Source: the human T2T-CHM13v2.0 reference genome, Homo sapiens. From it: a stretch of DNA of 64,000 nt. The stretch lies in the NCBI RefSeq assembly GCF_009914755.1, contig NC_060945.1. One strand, 5' to 3'. The notes under the pieces are model-generated. The model was not told the DNA's origin and did no database searches. It worked only from the letters and a program-made list of their open reading frames with translations. Of this stretch, positions 24,766-40,307 are shown in pieces (within the stretch, counting starts at the first letter, position 1; every line of letters starts with the position of its first letter). Position numbers and translations under genes: made by a program.

Positions 24766-26927
24766 GAAATGAGGTACAAGGACAGCAGTTTGGGAATCCC
24801 AGCTCAGAGGCTTGGCTGACTGTGCCTAATACCGTGCTTGGCACATGGTAAGAACTCAGCAAATGTTTCTTGAATCAATGAAAAGAATCAGGCAGCTCCT
24901 GTTGAAACTAATGTGCATGCACCTTGGAGCTTTCTTGCCATTGGCCATCTCACCATGAGGCTGTTAATTTTGCAAAAATATTCAAACATAATTAAGAGTC
25001 CAATAGTATTAAATTAATAAGGATGTGTGCTTAGGCTATACAAATAAAAGAGAAAGCCAAGATACCTTTTTAAAATGCCATACAAAATTCAAAATTCTTT
25101 GGTAAAAATTAATAAAATATGTCTAAGTCCAAAATGGAGACAACTGTGCCTCTTCGTTAAGGAATCTACCAGAAAACTAAAGACAATAAAGAGAAGTTTC
25201 ATTTCTGGATATAATGACTCAATATGGTAAAAAGGTGGGTCCCTCACATTAAATTATTCTATAAATAATTACTTAATGGTTATTTTTGAAATAGACAAAA
25301 TCATGTTTAGGTTTACCTGGATGAATAAACGTGTGAGCAGAGCAAAGAAAATTTCAATCATATCAAGTATCTTCTCAGACCACAGTGGAATAAAACCAGA
25401 AATCAATTCCAAAAGGAACCCTCAAAACTATACAAATACATGAAAATTAAGCAATCTACCTCTGAATGATTTTGGGGTTAACCATCAAATCAAGATGGAA
25501 ATTTAAATTTTTTTTCAAAATGAATGATAACTGTGACACAAGTTATCAAAATCTCTGGGATACAGCAAAAGCATTGCTAAGAGGAAAGTTTACAGCACTA
25601 AATGCCTACATTAAAAGTCTGAAAGATCAGAAGTTGACAACCTAACATCACATTTCAAGGAATGAAACAAGAACAAACCAAACCCAAAGCTAGCAGAAGA
25701 AAAGAAATAACAAAGATCAGAGCAGAACTAAATCAAATTGAAACAAAAAAATTATAAAAGATCAATGAAACAACAAGGAGGTTATTTGAAAAGATAAATA
25801 AAATTGATAGACCACTAGCTAGATTAACCAAGAAAAGAAAGAAGATTCAGATAAGTTCAATTGGAAATGAAAATGGAGACATCACAACTGACACCACAGA
25901 AATGCAAAAGATCATTTGAGACTACTATGAACACCACTCTGGACACAAACTAGAAAATCTAGAGGAAATAAATAAGTTCCTGGAAACATACAACCCCATA
26001 GCTTAAATCAGGAATAAATAGAAATCCTGATGAGACTAATAACAAGCAGTGATATTGAATCAGCAATAAAAAAAAAATGCCAACAAAACAAAGCCCAGGG
26101 CCAGTTGGATTCACACCTAAATTCTACCAGACATTCAAAAAAGAATTGGTACCAATCCTTCTGAAATTATTCCAAAAGACAGAGAAGGAGGGAATCCTGC
26201 CTAACTTATTCTATGAAGCCAGTATCCTCATACCAAAGCCAGGAGAGGACATAACAAAATAGGAAAACTACAGACCAATATTCCTGATGAATACAGATGC
26301 AAAAATTCTCAACACAATACTAGCAAACCAAATCCAATAGCAAATCTAATCCAATAGCACATCAAAAAAATAATTCACCATGATAATTCTAAAGATGCAG
26401 GGATGGCTCCACATACGCAAGTCAAAAAATGTGATTCATCACATAAACATAATTAAAAACAAAAACCATATGATCATCTCAATAGAGGCAGAAAAAACAT
26501 TTGATAAAATCTAATATCCCTTTATGATAAAAACTCTCAACACACTAGGCACAGAAGGAACATACCTCAAAATAAGAAAAGCCATATATAACAAACCCAG
26601 AGCCCACATCATACTGAATTGAATGGGGAAAAGCTGAAAGCATTCAACTGAAGCAAGACAACGATGCCCACTTTCCCCACTTCCATTCATCATAATACTG
26701 GCAGTCCTAGCCAGAGAAATCAGGAAAGAGAAAGAAATCAAGGGCCTCCAAATAGGAAAAAAGGAAGTAAAACTACCTCTGTTAGAAAACCCTAAAGACT
26801 CCTCCAAAAGACTCATACATCTGATAAATGAATTCAGTAAAGTCTTAGGTTACAATATCAATATACACAAATCAGTAGCACTGCTATATACCAACAATGA
26901 CCAAGCTGAGAATCAAACACGATCTCA

Positions 26928-27227
26928 GGCTGGGCATGGTGGCTCACGCCTGACTTTGGGAGGCCAAGGCAGGCAGATCAACTGAGGTCAGGAGTTTGAG
27001 ACCAGCTTGGCCAACATGGTGAAACCCCATTTATACTGAAAAAAAATATAAAAATTAGCCAGGTGTAGTGACAGGCATCTATAATCCCAGCTACTCGGGA
27101 AGCTGAGGCAGGAGAACCGCCTGAACCAGGTGGCAGAGGTTGCAGTGAGCCGAAATCGTACCACTTCATTCACTCCAGTGTGGGGGACAGAGCAAAATTC
27201 CGTCTCAAAAAAAAAAGAAAAAAAAAA
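26928..27227 (+). mobile_element. Alu (AluS-type) inserted in the L1
   Basis: Full dimer with A-tail; lacks TAATCCCAGC near its 5' end. Confidence 0.93.
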
Positions 27228-28639
27228 GAACTCAACCCCTTTAATAGCTACAAAGAAAATAAAACGCTTTATTTTTAAAACACTTAATAAATATACTCTA
27301 CCAAGGAGGTGAAAAGATCTCTAAAGGAGAACTACAAAACACTGCTGAAAGAAATCATAGATGACAAACAAATGGAAAAACATCCCATGTTCATAGATTG
27401 AAAGAATCGGTATTGTGGAAATGACCATACTGCTCAGTAATCTACAGATTCAATGCAATTCCTATCAAAATACCAACATCGTTTTTCACAAAATAAAAAA
27501 AAAAACATAAAATTCATAGGGAACCAAAAAAGAGCTAGAATAGCCAAAGAAATCCGAAGCAAAAAGATTTATTCTTAGAATCACATTACCCAACTTCAAA
27601 TGATACTACAAGGCTATAGTAATTAAAACACCATTGTAATGATATAAAAGTAGATGCATAGACAAATGGAACATGATGGAGAACTCAGAAATAAAGCCAA
27701 ATACTTACAACTGACTGATCTTTGACAAAGCATATAAAAACATAATGGATTAGACACACAATTTAAGGAGAATACAACTTATTCAATAAACGGTGCTGGG
27801 AAAATCAAATAGCCACATATATAAGAGCGAAACTGGATTCCTATCTCTCACCAGATACAAAAATTAACTCAAGGTGGATTAAAGACTTAAATATAAAACC
27901 TGAAACCATAAAAATTCTAGAAGAATCCCTAGGAAAAACTCTTTTGGACATTGGCCTGGGCAAAGAATTATGTCTAGGACCCCAAAAGCAAACGCAACAA
28001 AAGCAAAAGTAAATACATGGGACCTAATGAAAAAGCTTCTGCACAGCAAAATAAATAATCATCAAAGTAAACAGACAACCTACAGAATGGAAGTAAATAT
28101 TTGAAAATTATGCATCCGACAAAGTACTAATATCCGCAATCTACAAACTCAAAGAAATCAGCAAGAAAAAACAGATAATCCCATTAAAAAGTGGGCAAAG
28201 GACCTGAATGGATATTTCTCAAAAGAAGATATACAAATGGCCAAAAACGTGTGAAAAACTGCTCAACATCACTAACTATTAGGGAAATGCCAATTAAAAC
28301 CACAATGAGATACGACCTTCCCCTAGCCAGAATGGCCATTATTAAAAAGTTAACAAACAATAGATGTTGGCATGGATGTATTGAAAAAGGAACACTTACA
28401 CACTGCTGGTGGGAATGTAAATTAGCACAATCTCTACAGAAAACAGTATGGAGGTTTCTCAAATAACTAAAAGTAGATCTACCATTTAATCCAGCAATCG
28501 CACTACTGGGTATCTATCCAAAGGAAAAGAAGTCACTATATCAAAAGACACCTGCATGTCTATGTTTATCACAGCACAATTCACAATTGCAAAGATATGG
28601 AATCAACCTAAGTGTCCATTAACTGATGAATGGACAAAG

Positions 28640-28645
<6 letters not shown>

Positions 28646-28689
<44 letters not shown>

Positions 28690-28790
28690 CTTGAAATTTT
28701 ATATATATAAAGATGTTATATATAGATTAATCTTGTATATCTTGTGTGTATATATATATGTTAGATATATATCATCTTGAAATTTTCACA

Positions 28791-28832
<42 letters not shown>
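28646..28832. repeat. (TA)n-rich microsatellite cluster inside the L1
   Basis: About 20 TA units at 28646-28687 and about 14 TA units followed by CA at 28794-28832. Confidence 0.9.
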
Positions 28833-28833
<1 letters not shown>

Positions 28834-29230
28834 CCCCACACACATCGTGAAGTACTACTAAGCCATAAAAATAATGAAATAATGTCTTTTGCAGCAACTT
28901 AGATGGAACTAGAGGCCATTATTCTAAGTGAAGTAATTCAGGAATTGAAAAAGCAAATAATGCATGTTCTCATTTATAAGTAGGAGCTAAGCTTTGGGCA
29001 CACAAAGGCATACAGAGTGCTATAACGGACTCGGGAGACTCAGAAGTGGGGAGGGTGGGAGGGAGGTGAGGGATAGAAAACTATATATTGAGTACAATGT
29101 ACACTACTCAGATGATAGGTGCATTAAAATCCTAGACTTTATCACTAAACAATTCATCTATGTCATCAAAGTCACTTGTACCCCTAAAGCTATTGAAATA
29201 GAAAAAATTAAAAAATGAAAAAACAAGTAA

Positions 29231-29611
29231 CAGGTCATCTGGACACCTCCTGAAGGACCTGCCTGAGCTGTTTTACAGTTAACTTTTTTTTTTTTTATAA
29301 GTAGAAGGAGTAGTCTAAAGTAATTATGAACAATTAGTAAATACATAAACCATGAATAGTCATTTATTATTATCACAAGTATTACATAGTGTACATAATG
29401 TGTGCTCTGCTTTCGTACACTGGCAGGGCAGTAGGTTTGTTATGTAAGCATCACCACAAACAAGTGAGTCATGCATTAAGTTACAATGTTAGGATGTTGT
29501 CCATTATCACATATATTAGATGTATGTTAACCATTATAGCTCCATCTTAAGGGCTACTGTCATAGATGTGGTCCATCACTGACCAAAATGTTGTTATGCA
29601 GCACATAACTA
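29231..29611. mobile_element. Tigger3-like DNA transposon fragment
   Basis: GAAGGACCTGCCTGAG..TGTTTTACAGTTAAC and TIR-like GACCAAAATGTTGTTATGCAGCACATAACT. Confidence 0.7.
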
Positions 29612-29634
29612 TATAACATAAAATCTGGATTATG

Positions 29635-29929
<295 letters not shown>

Positions 29930-30667
29930 AAAATCTGGATTGTGTGGGTCTATGTATACTGTATGTGTATATATACAAACATAGGCATGCGTATATACAC
30001 AAGTATATACAAATACACACACATATATACATTCCAGCAAACAGGGTCCCTGCTGCTCCACAGATGTAACCAATTTCTCCCTTCAGCCTTTGCCCTTGCT
30101 AATTCATTTGCCTGGAATGCTTTCTCCAAGACGTATGCACACCTTGCTTTCTTACATCACTGTATCCTCTGCCAGGCATTATGTTATATACCCATCTCCA
30201 TGTCTTTCTCAAGGGAATTTGTGCTGCATGACGGTGAACTAATACTTGGTCTTATTCAGAGCACGCAGGATGTAGAACAATTCTTGACACTAGGGAGCAT
30301 TCAGTGAACCCTGCTGATGGGCAAATGGGTGGGTCTGGTCAGGGGCAGCCAGAAGACAGGAGGAGATTCCAAGGGAACTAAGCAGTGACCCCACAGTCAA
30401 GGACCATATGGCACTCAGACTTCTCAGCAGATGCCAGTGTGGAAGGTAATGGCTGATTGAGGGTTCAGAACATCAGTGCCACTGGCCACAGGGGAAGGCC
30501 ATGGAACAGAAGGACCTTAAATCAACTGAAAAACATTGAAATAGGCGCAATTACCCCAAAGTTAAAAAAAATAATAACATTTTAGTTGCTTGGTAGAAGG
30601 GTGCCTCAAAACAGAAGGATGAAGAGGAGGAGGAGGAGAACAGTGGAGTGGAAACATAAGATTTTTA

Positions 30668-30888
<221 letters not shown>

Positions 30889-31542
30889 TCCCTCACCAGG
30901 TACTGAGCTCCCTGCTGTAAGCCACCATATGTGCCCAGGTCCGAGTGCTGCCATCCACCTTCAGCTATCCTCCCACGGAGCTGTTCTGCCCCAGCCCAAA
31001 GCATGCACTGCAAATCCCTATAGCTTCTCAATCCAGATCTAACTCCTCATTCCCCCAGAGCCATTTATTTCAGCAGGATTACCGAGGGGAACACTGTGGC
31101 TGAATCGCACTCCATGAATTGGAGATGCTGCTCTCTCCTTAGCTAATTAGTTTGGATGCCTCCAGCTGCAAATGCAAAAACCCTGACCCACATTGGCCTA
31201 GACAGCAAAGGCAATAAAGTCCCAGGTGATCTCATGTACTGCCAGACATCATGGGGTCAAGAATTAAATGGGATAAACCTCTTTTGCAGAGTCCCGTATT
31301 AAGAATACGGAAATCTTCTCCAGAAACTCCTCAAAAGAATTGTTTTTACGTTTCATTGTGCAAATTCTGGTTGTCTGCCCATCCTTCAATCAAAGGGAGC
31401 TGCTGCGTTTGATGGGTCCCGGCCAGGGCTCACACCCAGTGGCTTTGATGGATTCGGACTCTTCTGCTTAGGCAGGGGATCTGGCCTGTGGTGGGCTTCC
31501 CTCCAACACAAGACCGCAAAAGAGTTCTGTTGTCACTGAGTG

Positions 31543-31985
31543 TATGGTGTCCCGGGGCTGCTGTAACAAAGTTCCACAAACTGGGGTGCTTAAACAACAG
31601 CAATTTATTCTCACATCTTTCTGGGGGCCATAAGTCCAAAATGAAAGTTCTGGCAGGGCTGGAGTCCCTCTGAAGTTTCTACAGGAGACCCCTTCCTTGC
31701 CTTGCCCAGTGTCTCTTGGCCTGTGGCAGCATAACTCCAATCTCTGTCTTTGCCCAGCTATGTTTTCCATCTGTGTCTGCACCCAGATTGTCCCCTTTTA
31801 ATAAGGACACCAGTCATATTGGATTAGGGATCCGGCGGCCTACTTCAGTAGAGCCTCATCTTCACTAATTATACCTGCTATGTGCAAGTACGCTATTTCC
31901 AAATATGGTCATATAAGGTACTGGAGGTTACAAATTCAACATACAAATCTAGGGGGTGGACGGGAAATAATTCAATTTTTAGCAC
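31543..31985 (-). mobile_element. MLT1B/C-like MaLR LTR
   Basis: GGGCTGCTGTAACAAAGTTCCACAAACTGGG and TAAGGACACCAGTCATATTGGATTAGGG motifs. Confidence 0.75.
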
Positions 31986-32600
31986 AGAGAAAGGAGGGAA
32001 ATTGAAACTGGAGCAGGGATCAAATTGCATCTGCTATATGGACCCTCCTGTTTTACAAATTCCTTTTTTACCCCAGAGAATCTTTAGCTGGTGGAACTTC
32101 AGGCTGACTTAGGAAGGGAAATGCATATGTTTGGGTGGAGCTCAGGATGCCCTACCAAGGGCGTGGCAGCTGCTGAGGGGTTTCCTTCACTAAGCAATGT
32201 CCCCTCCAGCACACTTACGTTCCCTGGATTCTTCCCATTCTCTGCTTCTGCCTCCAGAAATTTATGCTTAAACAATTCTGGGGACCAGAAGTGCAAAATC
32301 AAAGTGCTGGCACAGCTGCAGTCCCTCTGAAGCTTCTGCGGGAGACTCCTTCCTTGGAAAAACTCCCAGCAAAGTTGCAGACGTATCTGGCAACTGGACT
32401 TGAGAGTGAAGCAGGAGGGATCTGAGTGTTGCATATGTGCAGGATAAATTGTTGGGGGAGGACTGCTGGGGGTGCTGGTGACTGAATTTAGGAAAGTGCA
32501 TAAGCTGGGTGTTCACAAACCTGGGACACCTCATATTCTATTTCAGGCACTAATTTGTCATGTTTGGGAAGGACTTAAACTATAATTCAGAAATGATGAT

Positions 32601-32689
32601 TGATATGGTTTGGATCTGTGTTCCTACCCAAATCTCATGCTCAATTTTAATTCCAGTGTTGGAAGAGGGGCTTGGTGGGAGGTGATTGG
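32601..32689 (+). mobile_element. 5' fragment of an MST-type LTR
   Basis: TGATATGGTTTGGATCTGTGTTCCTACCCAAATCTCATG...GGGAGGTGATTGG, then truncated. Confidence 0.75.
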
Positions 32690-33580
32690 CTCAGCAGACT
32701 GAGTGATCATAAAGAGCCTGGGAAACATGTGGGGTTAATTCAAGGTGGCCAAAGCTTCACCATGGGGGGCAGCTTGGGGGCCGCTTGGGGGCAGCTTGGG
32801 GCTGGGCTACTTCCTCCTCCAAGAAGTATCACAGAGCAATGCTACCGGGACTGGAGATTTCCATTTAGCTAATTAGGGGTTAGGATAAAGATTTGTGGGT
32901 ACTGGTGGCAGTGGGTGAGGGCAGAAAGTAAAGGAGGTTGACTATGGATTATCCAGGCATAGATACACATGTTTTCAACAGAAAAGGAGATGGGTTATTA
33001 TATGTCAGGCCCAACATATCTGCCCTGGCAATGGCAGGGCTTGAGAGTGGCCTGAGGTCAAATCATAACATGGAGATCTGTCCAGAAATAGCCAAGACCC
33101 TGCAGACGGTCAGGTCAGAGCTGAGTGAGTTGGTGCATGCACATGTGTGCACTTGCATTCTGACAGTACAGAAATCTGATGGGCACAGCGACCCACAGAC
33201 CTTCCTGGATTCAGCATGGAGGAGGGAGACCACATTACATAGGCTGGACTAGAGCCCACGGGCTAACTTTGGGAGCTTGGGGGTTCACTAGATTCCAAGA
33301 GTAACTGACTCTCCAGGGAAGCGCCTGTTCCTGTTTGATAAGCGGTGCTCTTTTGTCCTGCATGCAGGGATCAGAAAGGACCTATGCAGAGCAGCTCACA
33401 AAAGCAGAGCGGCTTGTTCACTGTGGGCCACAGGTTCACGCTGAAACCAGTGTTCCCGGAAACACGAGGCTTCAGATCAGCCAGTGGCAGAAAGTTGGGA
33501 GCGGGGAGGATGTAATTTGGGCATCTGAGACAAACCTTAGGGATGGCTATCCATTTAAGAGATTCAGTGGGTTTTGGAGC

Positions 33581-34089
33581 TGTGAAAGGAAATTAAATTT
33601 TGGGACCCCAAATTCGTTTAGCCAAAGAGAAAAGTCAAGCTGGGAACTGGGTCACGCAAACCTGCCTCCACCTTTTGGTTCCTAAACAAGATGGCTACAA
33701 GATGAAAAGCTACACGCTTCCCTCATATTTTGCCCACAAGGAAATTCCTGGTGAGCTGTTAAAGCTTCCCCATGGCAATGCAACTTGATAGCCTATCTTT
33801 ACAGGTGCAGTCGCTCTGCCCACCAGACACAAATGTATAACTGAACGTTCCCCTCTCCATTTTGTCTGTGGTATGTAAAATGCACATTCCCCACAGTTTT
33901 CCTCTGCCCCTTTTGTTTATGTGAAAGCTGTGTGCTTCTCAATATCTCATCCTTTCCCCTTTAAATTTGGAGCCCTCAAAATCACCTTCGGAGAAAGGAA
34001 TAGACCTGTCTCCTGGGAGCATCCTCAACTTTGGCAAATAAATATCCTAAAATGATTGAGACTTGTCTCATTATTTTCCTCGATTGACA
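33581..34089 (+). mobile_element. MER4-group (ERV1) solo LTR
   Basis: TGTGAAAGGAAA...AAAGTCAAGCTGGGAACTG start, AATAAA near 34037, TGACA end; 4-bp TSD GAGC at 33577-33580 and 34090-34093. Confidence 0.85.
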
Positions 34090-35654
34090 GAGCTATTTTT
34101 TTTTTTTTTAACATAAAGTCATTCCCTGGGCCTCAAACAGTTCCTGGTTGGGGGAAGGGGCACATAAGTGGCATAGCTTCTGTAGCCCCCGATCGGCCTG
34201 GAGCATAGGGCAGGATGTCATCACCAGAGGCCAAATTTGATTGCAAGCAGAGCCTACTCCCTCTGCCTTTTCTGCCAAGCCTCCTAATCGTTATCTCACA
34301 TGATAATTATTTTGGGTAAAACATAAACCAGAATTGTGATGACAGTGTAGACTCACAGACAGGAACCCCAACAGAGCTGGAAAGATTTGCATGCAGTAAC
34401 CTTCCATCCCATTGATTGCTTTCCATGACAATTCCATACATGCTTGCTGGCTTTCTTCTTTGCCTGTGGCTTCCTTATGCTTGATTCAATAACAACAACA
34501 AAAAGATGTGTGTGTATGTGGTGGGTGTTTATTGTTAAAATGCTTTATTTTTGGAGTGATGTTTCTTGAAAGCAGTAAGAAAATTTCCCATATAGGAGAA
34601 ACCCTCTGTGCAGGGTTCGCAGGATCTCACAGTGAGCCCCCAGAAGCAGGTCCTATCCGGAGAGTTTGGGTCTTTAAATTATGTTTACAGCCAGCACCAG
34701 GCCATCCTGGGAGTCCAGACTTGCTGCAGGAGCAGCTGTCTTAATTTCCTGACATCATCCAATTAGACAGCAAGGTCTCCCCTATTGAATTTAGAAATAT
34801 TTGCAGCCCATTTTTTAAAATGACTTACAGAAAGGGGAGAGTACTTAATGTGTTTATTTAGACCAGTAAACTCTCCTTTATATCTATTTTTTTTTTCAGT
34901 TTGAGATCCTAAAACACTTTACTGATTGTTCTTAAACAACTAGGGTTAGGCAAAAGACATTGGCCATTAGAGTTTCTAAAGACACCACTCCAGGGCTGAG
35001 CTTTGGACGAGTATTAGACAAGGATGAAAATACCTCCCCATGGGCCATGGAGGTCCTCTTTCTTCTTCCCTTTTCCTAGCCTCTGGCCTTTTAATTTTTT
35101 TTCAGAATAACTTTCTGGAAATGCTCCTATGCACTGTGCCATCAATATACATTTTCTCTTTCTTTCCAACCAAAGAATCATTTACTCTATGTATGTATTG
35201 GAATACTTATTTAGAGTATCTTATGTCTTACAATGTGTTTTCACATGTGTTACCCTGTTTAATTTTCATGATAACTCTATGAAGATGGCATAGTTCTTCC
35301 TATTTTCTAGGCCTAGAGAGATAAACTAATACAAACAGTCATGAAGAGGTGCATTTAACTTATTTAAATCCACCTGTCCATGACTAGCTTGTATTAGTTT
35401 AAGAATCTAAAATTTGGCCAACTCTATCATCTCTCTTTGAAGTGTGTTCACTTTAAATGTTCTCCTCTCCCATCTCCTCCATGTACTGTAGAACATTCGA
35501 ACAGAGAGTTACTCTTGCCTGGAGTCTTTCAGTTTCTTGTATCTGGCTTCTCTGTCTCCTGTCCCTGGAATACCCTCTCTAGCCTCAACAGTCCTGCCTT
35601 TTGAAGGCCCTTGTGTCTTTAAGACCGAACTCAGATGCTGCAGCTTTTCGTTCC

Positions 35655-36012
35655 GTAGTTTCTTAGTCAACTGGGGCTGCTGTAACAAAGTGCCATACAT
35701 TGGTGGCTTATCAACAACGGAAATGTATTCCTCACAGTTCTAAGGCTGGAAGTCTGAGATGGGGCTGCCAGCAGGGGCAGGTTCTAGCATCCTCCTCCAG
35801 GTTGCCACCTTCTTGTATATCCTCGCATGGTGGAAACAGAGAACAGGAGAGCTCTCTGGGGTCCCTTCGATAAGGACACTAATTCCATCCCTGAGGGCTC
35901 CCCCTTTGTGACCCAATCACTTTTCAAAGGCCTCAGATTCTAGTATCATCACACTGGCGGTAAGATTTCAACATATGGACTTTGAAGGGACACAGACATT
36001 CAGTTCATTCCA
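35655..36012 (-). mobile_element. MLT1A-like MaLR LTR
   Basis: GGGCTGCTGTAACAAAGTGCCATA...TTTCAACATATGGACTTTGAAGGGACACAGACATTCAG. Confidence 0.75.
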
Positions 36013-36989
36013 CACGGTCACTGATTCTACAAACAGAAGCAAATCATACCCTCTTCCATGAACCCTGGTGTTCTGGGCTCTGTTCCACCAGTTGTGTATT
36101 CTGCCAGACAGGAATTGGACATATATCCACTCAATTATCCCCAGAGAGCAAAAGCTCCTAGAGGGCAGGGGCCACCTCATCTCCTTAGTCCTCCCTGATG
36201 CTGCACAACTGCCACTGAGTACCGAGATCTGGAGAGAGGACATATGGGGGCATCGTCCATTCTTGAAGCCTATTTTCCATGAAGCTTTCCTTAATTCCCC
36301 CAAGCTGACATTTCCATCCTCCTCTGAATGTCACAGACATGATCCATGTGACTCTTCACCCTGCATTGTAATCAGTGGCTTCTATCTTCTTCCTGGTTAT
36401 CTCCCCTTCCAAAACATGAGGCTTGTCACTCATGAGGGTAAGGCCCATGGTTGATTGTACTTGTATCCTTCATAGGGTCTTATATATATTGGGTCCTAGA
36501 TATGTGTTTATGGACTAAAAAATTGTCTTATGCATTTAAAATCTATTAAAATAACTGCAAAATACACCCCTTTCCTTGGGGAAAGATGGACCGACTCTGG
36601 TCAACATTGCTCCTCAGATTTTAGGTTTCCTTTATAACTTTTAAAAATTACCATTTCAGCTCTGGATTTAAACAGTACCACAATTCGTTATCAAATTCTT
36701 GCACATCATTTCCTCCAGAGCATACGATTTAAAAGTCAAAATCTAGGTATTGAGTATGTGCAAAATATATTCCAAAACAACCCCATTTCATAATTATAAT
36801 CCATTTCACAATATAAAACTTTAATAAATAAACACTTGGATTTTTTTTGTTCTGTTGGAAATAGTGGACTAACTAAAATAAATTCTTCGTGAGTTAGGAT
36901 GGATACTTGTCTGTTTAGCTAGCCTTTCAATATCATACACACACAAATACACACACCCCTGAATGCCACTTTTAAATCTCATTCTTCTA

Positions 36990-37358
<369 letters not shown>

Positions 37359-38087
37359 GTGGGAGGGGAGTCTGAATAAAGCCTTGTAATCAAGAAGAAA
37401 TCACAGTTCATTCGATGGAAAATTCCATAAATGGGCATAAGCCATTCACTGTAAACTAGATGCACCATCATTTTGTTAATAAGCACAACTCAGTAAAACT
37501 GGTTCACTTTATATCCTTTCCTTGGTTGCCAGTTACCAATGTATGAGAATAATTTCATTATAACGCACCTTTTTCTATATATTGGGCCAGCAGCGCCAGC
37601 ATTAAGCCTAGTCTTACACATTTCTGTCTTGTAGTTGTTCGCTAGTCACTTGATTTTAAAATGATCCTTAAAAGGAAATCCATGGACAAGACAGCTTGCA
37701 AATAACAAAATGCATGACAAAAGGCTTTGTAAAGAGCACATCTGAGACCATGTATTGAGTTTTTCCACGGGAAAATCAACAGGGTAGCAATGTGGGTGTT
37801 AAAGGCAGAGACCTACTCATCTGCTAGGTTGCCCAGAGCCCATACCAATGGCTGTGAGAACCAAAGGAAGAGAAGAATGTGGCTCATGCTCCACACACAA
37901 GGGGCCCTGGGCACACTGTCAACAATTAGCTGGATGTTTACCATCCTCTTCAATCATGTTTCCAGAACAACAAAACTTTAAACCCAGCTATATCACACCA
38001 ACGGGTCTTCTTTTGTGTTGCTTTTAAACAGGTATGTATGGAGACAATTGAAAAAGGAAGCCCCCAGAGACCTATGTATTTAAACTA

Positions 38088-38354
<267 letters not shown>

Positions 38355-39651
38355 TCAAGTACACACAGACTCATAAAGAGATGCTTCACACTGATCCCAT
38401 AAGGCAGTCACGGGATACACCAGGTTTTTCTTTCTTTCCTCCAGTATTAAAATTCTTGTTTAGAGAGAAAAGCATTTATTTAAAATGACAGTATCTCAGA
38501 CTCTGAGATAAAAACTAACAGAACTTACAGATAGTTTCTCTACATAAAAAGCCAAATTTGATGAGTGTTAAGTAGCTGATAAATTATTCAAAGAAATCAC
38601 AGTAGAACAACCACAGAAGCAGACAACTCTCATGGTGCTAAATAAATTCCTTGTGTTCCCAGGGACTTAATATGAATGTAAACAAGGAGTGCTCCAGGGA
38701 CATGGCATTTGAAGTCTTTGCTCACTGCACATGTCTGAGGCTACAAAGAGAATAGGAATATTGCAGGTTTCTCTTTAACGGTGGTTATATTCCGGTCTAG
38801 ACACACAATACACCATTAATATCATTTAATGTTATTTAAATAAATACATCAGATTAGTGCAGTAAGACAGCACAGAATTAAAACACCTCTCTCCTCAGAG
38901 TGCTTCCATGCAAGGAGGGAATGGCACAGATATGATATGCTATTATAATGAATGTGGTATGATTCATATGAAGGATTTATATACAACTGGGTAAAAAAAA
39001 AAAGGATTTTAGAAATAATGAAACAGATTATGAAGGTCCTAGAAGAGTTCTGGGAAGATGGTGACTGGATGAACCTGCCATGCTGCCTGCTTCTGGCCTG
39101 GAGGAGTTGGGTGGGCTGGGAGAATGGGATTCAGGCCTTGAAAGACTCTCCCAGGGCATTTTTCTTCTCTGGCCTGAGTATCTGGGGACCTGAGGGGAAA
39201 GCTCTGGGGTGAGGATCTTCCTGGAGGAAGCTCAACGTTTGGGCCAAAGATGTGTTCTAGAGAGAAGGTGCTAGCTTCCTGGCCCAAGAAACTACACGGG
39301 AGCTGAACAAGTCAGACGTCTCCACAGGCCTCAAGCAGGAAACTTCAGACTTTGCATCTGAGGACAGGAGAATGGGAGACACTTCCTCTTGCTGTCTCCA
39401 TACCCTAATGACAACTTGTGTATTGGTCTCACTCGAGCTCACAATGGCAGAGACTGTGGCTGTGCCTTCCTTTCCCGTGTTTCTGGTTTAGATTTCTCAG
39501 CAACTTGTCTCTAGCCCCACTGAAGAGACGAGAGAAATTGATAAGGTACCTAAGGGGACCTTTCACATTGAATGAGGAGATCAAGTAGAATCCCCACAAC
39601 AGGTGGTTCCCATCAAAATGGAACTGCTAGAGGGGACATACGACAACCTGA

Positions 39652-39910
<259 letters not shown>

Positions 39911-39914
39911 AATA

Positions 39915-40300
39915 AGAAGAAAATAAAAGTACACGAATGTAGATTGATAAGAATATAACTGTATTTACTGACAGATAACATGATTTTCTACATAGATAAT
40001 TGAAAAGAGTAAACAAAAAAGTTGCTATAACTATAAAATGAGTTTAGCAAAGTCATGGGATACAACATCAATATACAAAAATCAATGTCAATTTTATTTA
40101 TGTATAATAGTAACAACCAATTGGGAATAAAAATTAAAAAGAAAATGTATTGGCAAAAAACCATAAAATATTTAGAATAAATTTAACAAAATATGTGCAA
40201 GACCAGCCCACTGAAAATTGTAAAAGTTGTTGAGAATAACTAAATAAGACCTAAATAATTAGAGAGTTATACCATGTTCATGAATAAAAATGCTTAACAT
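39915..40300 (+). mobile_element. Old L1M ORF2 fragment
   Basis: TTTAGCAAAGTCATGGGATACAACATCAATATACAAAAATCAA and ATACCATGTTCATG motifs. Confidence 0.7.
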
Positions 40301-40307
40301 TTTCAGA

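Larger units (their letters stand above)
25355..29225 (+). mobile_element. 5'-truncated L1PB-type LINE-1 (decayed ORF2 and 3'UTR), interrupted by an Alu and (TA)n expansions
   Basis: ORF2 peptides [29 protein letters not shown] and HCWWECKL; L1PB-like 3' end GTACAATGTACACTACTC...CCCCTAAAGCTATTGAAAT. Confidence 0.9.

Noticed and set aside
25355-29225. L1 ORF2-like ORFs suggesting an active reverse transcriptase
   Set aside because: 5'-truncated, with many stops and frameshifts and an Alu insertion; a dead copy.
31294-31310. Short hairpin CCGTATT-AAG-AATACGG (also the 12-bp palindrome CTGAGTACTCAG near 61983)
   Set aside because: Stems of 6-7 bp are expected by chance in 64 kb.
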